A program made the translations under genes and the position numbers. 24,477 nt of DNA from Candidatus Nanobsidianus stetteri (lineage in GTDB: Archaea > Nanobdellota > Nanobdellia > Nanobdellales > Nanobdellaceae). The stretch spans positions 1 to 24,477 of the forward strand of contig APJZ01000006.1 of assembly GCA_000387965.1 (NCBI GenBank). The letters are read 5' to 3'. This document shows, one piece after another, positions 10,053-17,727 of this stretch. The stretch's first letter is position 1. Each line of letters opens with the position of its first letter. The notes below the pieces were generated by a model. It saw only the letters and a list, made by a program, of their open reading frames with translations. It searched no databases and was not told the origin of the DNA.

Positions 10053-11672
10053 TTACATAGAATCGTAAATGTTTGTATATTCGTTTATATTATTTTTCCA
10101 ATCAAATTTCTTAGATATTTCATATATTTGCTTCTTTATTTCCATTTTACCATATAAATCCAAATTATAATATTGTAAAAATTTATTATATATAATTTCT
10201 TTATCCAAATTGTTTGGATCTACATTAATTATATATTCATGATTTATGTTTTTACTTATTAGATTTCTATAAAATCCAGTTTTATTAGATAAAACAATTG
10301 GAACAAAATTGTTCAATGCTTCTAATGGTGTATATCCGTAAGGTTCATATCTTGATAAAAATATCCCAAAATCGAATGCTGGTAATATATATTCTGGATC
10401 TAAGCTAAATAAAATATCATTTCCAAGATAAACTGGAACATATATAACTTTTACATAATTATTTTTATCATTATTTAAATTGTTTTCCCTTAATTTTTCA
10501 ATTATAATATTATTTTCTACATCATGAGTACATATTGGTGGATTTTTATTCTTTATCCTATCTAATTTATCCAATATATTTTTTCCATTATATAATGATC
10601 TAATAATTAAATGAATATTTTCTTCTATACTTTCTTTCAATTTTATATACTCTTTATAAGATCTAATTATATCATTATTTTGTCCTTTAATATTATAAGG
10701 AACAAAAATAAATGCAACAGTACTTAATTTCTTTTCATCTAAATATTTCAATAAATCAATAAATAGATCTAAACCCTTATTATATGGTTCGTATCTTCCA
10801 ATTGTATATATTAGCAAATATTTTTCTGGTAAATCATAATATGGATAAAAATACCATGTTAAAATTTCATCTATCCATTTCTTTGAAATTTTATAATAAT
10901 TAAATAATTCTTTTTCTTTTACATTTATGTAATTATAAGTTATATAATCTGGCTTTCTCTTATATATTTTATATGCTTCCTCTCCCAAATTATCAGATAC
11001 TACTGTAAAAATATCAGAATTTAATATTGCCTGTTTTTCCAATTGATATTTTGAATTTACTCCCAATCTATATGAATCCTTATCTGGATCTATTATATCA
11101 AATGCATTCTCTACATTTACATTTTTTTCAGATAATGTTCTTCCAATAACTGTTCCATGAATTGTTAATATTGTTTTATAATTTAGATTATTTTTCTTTA
11201 TATATAATATTGTACCTCCAGATAACCATTCATGCGCATGTAATATTTTTTTCTCATTAAAATATTTATCCAATTTTTCTAAAAATATACCAACAGCAAC
11301 AGACCATAATAATGGCTCATCAAAAGTAAAATCTGAATTTAAAGAATCTATTTTATACCATTCCCAATATTTATATTTCCATAAATTTCTTTCTTTATTA
11401 AAAAATTCATCAAATTCTATCAAAAATACATTTGGTTTTGATTCAATATTCCAATATCCATAATGTACTTTAATTCCATCCAATTGATAATTTATTTCTT
11501 TTATATAATCCGGAGAATCCAATTCTATAAATTCCGAATTATTTTTATAGGGACCAATTAAAAAATACTTATCCTTATATTTTTCCTTTATATATTTTGC
11601 TTTAGTAGATATTACAGTATATATTCCTCCTACTTTATTACATACTTCCCAAGATTGTTCAAACAATATCAT
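10053..11672 (-). CDS. Glycogen (starch) synthase, eukaryote-type GT3 family
   Basis: 539 aa. N-terminus [42 protein letters not shown] closely parallels the animal/fungal glycogen synthase N-terminus as I recall it ([24 protein letters not shown]...DNYFLVGPY). C-terminal [29 protein letters not shown] parallels PSYYEPWGYTPAEC...SGFG. Confidence 0.85.
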   Translation of the reverse strand: [539 protein letters not shown]

Positions 11673-12331
11673 CTAAATAAAATATCAAATATACTTCTTC
11701 TCCTTTTATTACCAGTTATACAATATGCCAGCTCATCTATATATTTTAATGCCTTTGATTTTTCATTATAAAATGCAATTGGTTGATATTGAAATTGATA
11801 TTTAATAAAATCTTTAATTACTGGAATAACTACATATACTTCTTTATTATATACATCCTCTATAAAATCTATTTCAATACTTTTATCATATTTATTTAAT
11901 ACTATCTTAACCTTATTTTTATCTAAAAGATCATATAATTTTTTATTTACATATAAAGAATAAAAGTCTGGATTTATTACTAAAAAATTTATATCTGATA
12001 TTTTCTCAATACTTAATATATAATTTATATTTGGAAGTACATCGAAAATAATTACATCATAATACCTTTTCAAATAATTTAGATCACTGATATTAAAATC
12101 TAAATTATCTATAATTTTTAAATGGAAGTAGGGTAATACTTTTATTCCTTCATATATTTTATTTCCAAATAATTTTTCATTATTTAGAAATATTAAATTT
12201 GAAGAATAAGTACCATTTGTATCTATTATTAATACCTTATAATTATATTCTTTTTTTAAATATGCTGCAAGATTATTAGTCAATGTTGTTTTTCCAACTC
12301 CGCCCTTTAATGATATAAAAGATACTATCAT
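11669..12331 (-). CDS. ParA/MinD-family P-loop ATPase with basic-amphipathic C-terminal tail
   Basis: 220 aa. Deviant Walker A with signature Lys (SLKGGVGKTTL). Walker A' VLIIDTN and Walker B DVIIFDV. C-terminus NKRRRSIFDILFR resembles a MinD-type membrane-targeting helix (compare KGFLKRLFG). ATGA 4-nt overlaps with both neighbours. Confidence 0.85.
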   Translation of the reverse strand: MIVSFISLKGGVGKTTLTNNLAAYLKKEYNYKVLIIDTNGTYSSNLIFLNNEKLFGNKIYEGIKVLPYFHLKIIDNLDFNISDLNYLKRYYDVIIFDVLPNINYILSIEKISDINFLVINPDFYSLYVNKKLYDLLDKNKVKIVLNKYDKSIEIDFIEDVYNKEVYVVIPVIKDFIKYQFQYQPIAFYNEKSKALKYIDELAYCITGNKRRRSIFDILFR

Positions 12332-12642
12332 AATCCTAATAATTTTGAAAATTTTACTTCAGCCTCTTCTTTTGAAAACTTTTTCTTTACATATATTTCA
12401 TGAGCTTTTAAGAAATTTCCTATAATTTTTATATATTCATCCTTATCTTTTGCTTCTTTTATTTTTTCATATAAACTTTCCTCCTTTAATGAATTTTTTA
12501 TCCATTCTGGAAAATGGTTTTTATGATAATTAAATTTATCTTGATCTGCATTGTATAACCAAATTAATAAATCTTGAAGACTATATAATTTTTGTCCATC
12601 AATAGTGATAAATGCTTGTTTTTCATCATCAACTTCAATCAT
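12328..12642 (-). CDS. Small soluble protein, unknown function, first gene of the ParA-GT3 operon
   Basis: 104 aa. Pattern FITIDGQKLYSLQDLLIWLYNADQDKFNYHKNHFPEWIKNSL followed by a K/E-rich helical tail. From memory it resembles a small domain found near GH57/glycosyltransferase genes in other archaea, but I cannot name the family with confidence. TGA stop overlaps the ParA ATG. Confidence 0.55.
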   Translation of the reverse strand: MIEVDDEKQAFITIDGQKLYSLQDLLIWLYNADQDKFNYHKNHFPEWIKNSLKEESLYEKIKEAKDKDEYIKIIGNFLKAHEIYVKKKFSKEEAEVKFSKLLGL

Positions 12643-12679
12643 ATTAAATTTTATATTGTTATATCTTTAAAAGATATTT
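12643..12679. promoter_or_regulatory. 37-bp divergent spacer with two interdigitated TATA-like boxes (ParA-GT3 operon / GH57)
   Basis: TTTTATAT (12649-12656) is centred 27.5 nt from the + ATG (12680). TTTAAAA (12666-12672) is centred 27 nt from the - ATG (12642). Confidence 0.35.
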
Positions 12680-13855
12680 ATGACAGGCATTGTATTTTAT
12701 TTCCATGCACATCAACCAAGAAGAATAAGATATTATTCCTTTTTTGATATTGGATCGAAAAATTATTTCAACGATGATCTAAATAAGAGAATATTAGATA
12801 GGGTTGTACATAAATGTTATAAACCGGCATTAGAAATGATATATGATAATATTATAAAATACGATATAAAAGTATCATTTTCAATTTCTGGAACATTAAT
12901 TGAGCAATTAGAACTATATCATCCAGAAATTTTAGAATTATGGAAAAAATTAGTAGATACTGGAAATGTAGAAATTGTATCAGAAACATACTATCATTCA
13001 TTGGCATATTTAATTGATAAAGATGAATTTATTAACCAAATAAAATTGCATAGAAAGAAAATAAAGGAAGTATTTAATTATAAATCTAAAAGCTTTAGAA
13101 ACTTTGAACTTGTATTTAACAATGAAATAGGAGAAATTGTATATTCTTTAGGATATAAAGTTGCATTAACTGAAGGAACTGAAAAAATTTTGGGAAATAG
13201 AAGTCCAAATTATGTATATAAATTAAAAATAAATAATTTAAGATTATTATTGAGAAATTATAGATTATCTGATGATATAGGATTTAGATTTACAAATAAA
13301 AATTGGTCAGAATATCCATTAACTGCAGATAAATATTATTTATGGTTAAAGAGCACTCCAGGAGATATAATAAATATATTCATGGACTTTGAAACAATTG
13401 GAGAACATATATGGAAAGAATCTGGAATATTTGAATTTTGGAATAAGTTATTTGAATATATTGGAAAAGAAAAATATTTTGAAACATACAATATAACCGA
13501 AGCTTCAGAAGAGTTAGATTATAAAGATGAATTAGATATTCCTGAATTAATATCATGGGCAGATATTGAGAGAGATCTATCTGCATGGATTGGAGATAGT
13601 ATACAAAGAGAAGCATTAGATTATTTGAGAGAATTATATAAAAAATATAAGAATGATGGAAAAATATTAAATATATTGAGATATTTATCAACTTCAGATA
13701 ACTTTTACTATATGAGTTTAAAATATAATAGCGATGGAGATGTACATAAATATTTTAGGGAAGAAGCTTTTGCAACTCCATATGATTCTTTTATATCCTA
13801 TATGAATATTTTAAAAGATTTAGAATTAAATGAGACTATTGAAAATAGAAATTAA
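12680..13855 (+). CDS. Glycoside hydrolase family 57 enzyme (alpha-amylase, 4-alpha-glucanotransferase or branching-enzyme class; specificity unresolved)
   Basis: 391 aa. GH57 conserved regions: FHAHQP (region I), GNVEIVSETYYH (II), an E-containing FELVFNNE (III, candidate nucleophile), FMDFETIGEH (IV, candidate acid/base Asp) and LSTSDNFYYM (V). Confidence 0.8.
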   Translation: MTGIVFYFHAHQPRRIRYYSFFDIGSKNYFNDDLNKRILDRVVHKCYKPALEMIYDNIIKYDIKVSFSISGTLIEQLELYHPEILELWKKLVDTGNVEIVSETYYHSLAYLIDKDEFINQIKLHRKKIKEVFNYKSKSFRNFELVFNNEIGEIVYSLGYKVALTEGTEKILGNRSPNYVYKLKINNLRLLLRNYRLSDDIGFRFTNKNWSEYPLTADKYYLWLKSTPGDIINIFMDFETIGEHIWKESGIFEFWNKLFEYIGKEKYFETYNITEASEELDYKDELDIPELISWADIERDLSAWIGDSIQREALDYLRELYKKYKNDGKILNILRYLSTSDNFYYMSLKYNSDGDVHKYFREEAFATPYDSFISYMNILKDLELNETIENRN

Positions 13856-15022
13856 TTTTTCTACAGAATTTTTCCAAGATAAATTTTTTATATCATCTAA
13901 ACATAATTTTATCTCATATTCTCCCAATTTTGGATAAGATAGCAATGCTAATATATAATCCGCCATTTTATTTACATCCCAAAAATCAACTGCCAATGCG
14001 TTTTTTAATACTTCATATACACCTGTTTGTTTTGATATTATAATAAAGTCTTTATATTTTAAAGCTTCAAATGGTGTTAAACCAAAAGGTTCTGATATGG
14101 ATGGCAAAACAAATATATCCGCTATTGAATATAAATATTCTGCTAGATCGTCATCAACCCATCCTGTAAATATTACATTTTTTGATATATTTAAATCTGC
14201 AGCCATTTTTATTAATTGTTCTAACATTTCTCCGGTTCCTGCAAATATAAATAATACATCCTTTCTTTTTTCTAAAACTCTTTTAGCCGCTCTTAATAAA
14301 TAATCTGGACCCTTATGCATTGTCATTCTCCCAAGATATAATACTATTTTATATTTTTCTTTTATTTTACTATTTATTTTTTCTTTTATACTAAAATCAT
14401 CATCCGGAGCATTATATATTACATCAATTTTATTTTCATCACAATTATAATATTTTACCAATATATCTTTCTCTCTTTTACTTACTACTACAATCTTATC
14501 TGCATATTTACAAGCTTCCAACTCTATTCCATAATCATAATCATATAAATATTTTAATACATCTGGATTTCCTCCAACTCTATCATATACCAAAGAATGA
14601 AAATGAATAACCAATGGTTTTTTGTATATTTTCTTTATTTCTATACCTGCTAAAGCAGTTAACCAATCATATGCATATATAATATCAAAATCTAATTTCA
14701 TTTTCTTTAATATATCTAATATTCTATCTTTATATTCAATTACTGCTTTTTTATAGTCTATAATTTTTCTTTTATATAATGTAAAAGATCCATATTTAAA
14801 ATAATCTATATATGATTGATATAATTTCATATTTAATCCGAAGATTTTTGAATTCTTTAATTTATTATTCCAAAAGGATTTTACATCATCGGTCAAGTTT
14901 AAAATAAATAAATAAACAACATTATTAAAATAATCAAGATATTTTAAATAATAATATGTTACTTTTTCCAATCCACCACCTTTTTGAGGAAATACTCCCC
15001 ATGATAAAAATAGTATTTTCAT
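13826..15022 (-). CDS. GT-B glycosyltransferase, GT4/GT5 (GlgA-like) family
   Basis: 398 aa. N-terminus MKILFLSWGVFPQKGGGLEKV resembles archaeal GlgA (E-x-PP-x-KVGGL). C-terminal nucleotide-sugar motif PSISEPFGLTPFEALKYK. The 3' end overlaps the convergent GH57 3' end by 30 nt. Confidence 0.8.
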   Translation of the reverse strand: MKILFLSWGVFPQKGGGLEKVTYYYLKYLDYFNNVVYLFILNLTDDVKSFWNNKLKNSKIFGLNMKLYQSYIDYFKYGSFTLYKRKIIDYKKAVIEYKDRILDILKKMKLDFDIIYAYDWLTALAGIEIKKIYKKPLVIHFHSLVYDRVGGNPDVLKYLYDYDYGIELEACKYADKIVVVSKREKDILVKYYNCDENKIDVIYNAPDDDFSIKEKINSKIKEKYKIVLYLGRMTMHKGPDYLLRAAKRVLEKRKDVLFIFAGTGEMLEQLIKMAADLNISKNVIFTGWVDDDLAEYLYSIADIFVLPSISEPFGLTPFEALKYKDFIIISKQTGVYEVLKNALAVDFWDVNKMADYILALLSYPKLGEYEIKLCLDDIKNLSWKNSVEKLISIFNSLI

Positions 15023-15073
15023 AATTAAAAGATAAATAAAAATGATTATAAATCTTTTAACAAAAATATTTGT
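15023..15073. promoter_or_regulatory. 51-bp divergent spacer with a central palindromic TTATAA (GT4/5 / debranching enzyme)
   Basis: TTATAA at 15046-15051 is 26.5 nt from the - ATG (15022) and 25.5 nt from the + ATG (15074). Confidence 0.3.
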
Positions 15074-16678
15074 ATGGAAAAGGAAATTGAATTAGAAAAT
15101 TTTGATTATGCTATTATAAATAATAAAGGATCCTTTTTGTTTTTACCTTTACTATATAACAGTAGATATTTTGGTTTATTACAATATTATAATAACAATT
15201 TTATCAAAATAATAGAAAAGATAGAAAATAGGGATATAAATTATAGTGAAATTGAAAAGATAATATTAAAGGATTATAATGATTTAAAAATAATTTATAA
15301 AAATGGATGGGAAGAATATAAATTAATAGATAATAAATTAATATATAAAACAAATAAATATTCTACTTTGAATGTTTATTTTGATATAAGATATTTATAT
15401 GATATAGATGAATGGGGAAGGATATATAATAATGAAAAAAATAAGGATTATGTAAAGATAAAATTTAATAAAGGCGATTTAAATTATGAAGTAATAATAA
15501 AGGGATTTGAGATTTATCAAGAATTAAATAAATGGATGAAGGTAAATTATAATTATGATTTATATAGAAAATCTCCCCCATTTGAAAGATATATATATTT
15601 ACCATTTTCTTTTTATGCAAAGGAATTGGAAATAATATATAAAAATGATAAGGAAAATTTAAATGGAAAGAATTTAATTGAAAATAGATTATTATCCTTT
15701 ATTTATGATAATAACATTTCTGCAGGTTTTCCATGGTATTTTCAGGAATGGAGTAGAGATTTGTTAATTTCATTAAAGGGATTATATTATATTAATAAAG
15801 ATATTGTAAAGAATAAGTTAATTGAATATTCAAATTATTTTTTACTAGATGGAAGATTAAAAAATATAAAAAATGAAAATGTTGGTAATTCTGATGGGAT
15901 TGGATTGTATATTTTTAGATTATTTCAATTTAAAGATTTGTTTGAAAAAGAAATATTTGACAAATTAATAAATAATATAATTGAAAAGTTAAAATTATTT
16001 GAAGAAAATTATTTAGATGAAAAATTATTTTTATTTAAAGCATATCAAAATGAAACATGGATGGATACATTAAATAGAATTTATCCAATAGAAATACAAT
16101 TCTTAATGGCAAATGCATATGATAATTTATATAATTATACAAAGAAAGATGAATATAAAGAAAAATTGGAAAAAATAAGAAATTCAATTAGAAAGAATTA
16201 TTTATCAGATTATTCTTTATATGATGATATAAAAAATAAAAAGATAAGATGCAATGTATTTTTATCCTATTATTTTTATCCAAAGATCTTTTCAAATTAT
16301 GAGTGGGAAAATATTTTTGATTATTCATTAACTCATTTATATCTAAAATGGGGAGGAATTAGTAGTTTATCTATATTTGATAAAGAATTTATTCCATATA
16401 GTAATGAAGATAATTATTTTAAAAATGAAGGAAAGTCAATGCATAATGGAGATTCATGGATTTTTATAAACAACATTGCTGCTATTGATTTATATAATTT
16501 AAATAAAGAAAAATATGGAAATATAATAAATAGTATTTTAAAATCTAATGAAAGATTGATAAAAATGATAGGAACATTACCAGAAAGATCTAGCGCATAT
16601 GAGTTAAAACCAGCAGGGGCTCTACATCAACTATGGTCAATATCAACTTATATAGAATTATTAAATAATATAAAATAA
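15074..16678 (+). CDS. Amylo-alpha-1,6-glucosidase / glycogen debranching enzyme (GDE C-terminal family)
   Basis: 534 aa. Motifs GFPWYFQEWSRDLLISLKGL (compare G-x-PWF-x-x-WGRDT), ETWMDT, HNGDSWIF and LPERSSAYELKPAGALHQLWSIS (compare GC-x-x-QAWS) fit the (alpha/alpha)6 GDE_C fold. Confidence 0.75.
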   Translation: MEKEIELENFDYAIINNKGSFLFLPLLYNSRYFGLLQYYNNNFIKIIEKIENRDINYSEIEKIILKDYNDLKIIYKNGWEEYKLIDNKLIYKTNKYSTLNVYFDIRYLYDIDEWGRIYNNEKNKDYVKIKFNKGDLNYEVIIKGFEIYQELNKWMKVNYNYDLYRKSPPFERYIYLPFSFYAKELEIIYKNDKENLNGKNLIENRLLSFIYDNNISAGFPWYFQEWSRDLLISLKGLYYINKDIVKNKLIEYSNYFLLDGRLKNIKNENVGNSDGIGLYIFRLFQFKDLFEKEIFDKLINNIIEKLKLFEENYLDEKLFLFKAYQNETWMDTLNRIYPIEIQFLMANAYDNLYNYTKKDEYKEKLEKIRNSIRKNYLSDYSLYDDIKNKKIRCNVFLSYYFYPKIFSNYEWENIFDYSLTHLYLKWGGISSLSIFDKEFIPYSNEDNYFKNEGKSMHNGDSWIFINNIAAIDLYNLNKEKYGNIINSILKSNERLIKMIGTLPERSSAYELKPAGALHQLWSISTYIELLNNIK

Positions 16679-16679
16679 G

Positions 16680-17594
16680 ATGTGGTGGAAAAAATATGGG
16701 TTCTTTAGGAATCCTTTAGATATAAGACCAAATGAAGATTTAGTAGGAGTAGATGATATAATAAAAAAGGTAAAGGATTCTATAATAAATGGTGAAATAT
16801 TTCTATTATATGGCCCAATTGGTTCTGGAAAAACTTCTTTAGCATTTAAAATTAAAAAAGATCTATCGGATGATTATAATATAATATATATAAATGGAGA
16901 ATATGAAAAAGATAAAGACATAAATTATATAATTGAAAAAAATAAGTATATTAAGTTTTTATTCTTTAAATTTGAAAATAAATTACCTATAGTATTAATA
17001 TTAGATGAATTTTATAATTTCCCAGAAGATATATCTAAAAAACTAAAATATTTATATGATAATAAAATTGTTCATTCAATAATGTTAATTCAACCATCTC
17101 CACAAATAATGAATGCTTCTTTATCTTTCTTAAATAGATTATATAGAAAGATTGAAATGAAATTTCCTCCAGAAGATGAAATATTAAAATTGATAAATAA
17201 AAAATTAAAGGGAAGAGTAAATATAGACGAAAAAATATTGAGAAATTTAATAAGAAAAAATAATAATAATGTTAGGCAGATATTTATTGAATTAAATAAT
17301 CTATTGGAAGAGGGAATAAATAATATAAATAAAGAATTAGAAGAAATAAAGAATCTGGGAGATGATATAAGATTGTCAAATACACAGATAAAGATTCTAG
17401 AAGTATTATATAAAAATAAGATGTCTTCAAGAGAAATATCGAAAATATTAAATCTTCCAAGGAATACTGTATCAAAATATTTGAATAAAATGTATAAAAA
17501 GGGTATATTAATAAGAGAAGTAAATAACAATGAATATATTTATAGTATAAATCCTCAATATATAAATATTATATCAAAGAAAATTGGAAAATAG
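16680..17594 (+). CDS. AAA+ (ExeA/AAA_22- or Orc1/Cdc6-like) ATPase with C-terminal winged helix-turn-helix
   Basis: 304 aa. N-terminus YGFFRNPLDIRPNEDLVG resembles the ExeA-type FGL-x-x-x-PF lead-in. Walker A GPIGSGKTS and Walker B VLILDEF. C-terminal wHTH LSNTQIKILEVLYKNKMSSREISKILNLPRNTVSKYLNKMYKKGILI. ATG lies 1 nt after the debranching-enzyme stop. The last G of its TAG stop is base 1 of tRNA-Thr. Confidence 0.7.
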   Translation: MWWKKYGFFRNPLDIRPNEDLVGVDDIIKKVKDSIINGEIFLLYGPIGSGKTSLAFKIKKDLSDDYNIIYINGEYEKDKDINYIIEKNKYIKFLFFKFENKLPIVLILDEFYNFPEDISKKLKYLYDNKIVHSIMLIQPSPQIMNASLSFLNRLYRKIEMKFPPEDEILKLINKKLKGRVNIDEKILRNLIRKNNNNVRQIFIELNNLLEEGINNINKELEEIKNLGDDIRLSNTQIKILEVLYKNKMSSREISKILNLPRNTVSKYLNKMYKKGILIREVNNNEYIYSINPQYINIISKKIGK

Positions 17595-17666
17595 CCACCG
17601 TAGCTCAGCTGGTAGAGCGCTACCCTGGTAAGGTAGAGGCCCCGGGTTCAAATCCCGGCGGTGGCA
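17594..17666 (+). tRNA. tRNA-Thr (anticodon GGU)
   Basis: Hand-folded cloverleaf: GCCACCG/TA/GCTC-AGCTGGTA-GAGC/G/CTACC-CTGGTAA-GGTAG/AGGCC/CCGGG-TTCAAAT-CCCGG/CGGTGGC/A. 73 nt, no intron, no encoded CCA, 47/73 G+C. Confidence 0.92.
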
Positions 17667-17727
17667 TCAGTTCTTCATTTAATTTTTCAAAAGATATACT
17701 TAAAATTTAATAAATTATAATTATTTA

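Noticed and set aside
16680-17727. AAA+-wHTH gene considered as Orc1/Cdc6 with an adjacent replication origin.
   Set aside because: The protein is about 100 aa too short, and its N-terminal lead-in looks more ExeA/AAA_22-like. The only adjacent non-coding DNA (61 bp after tRNA-Thr) shows no repeated ORB-like elements. The possibility is left open only as a family-level ambiguity.
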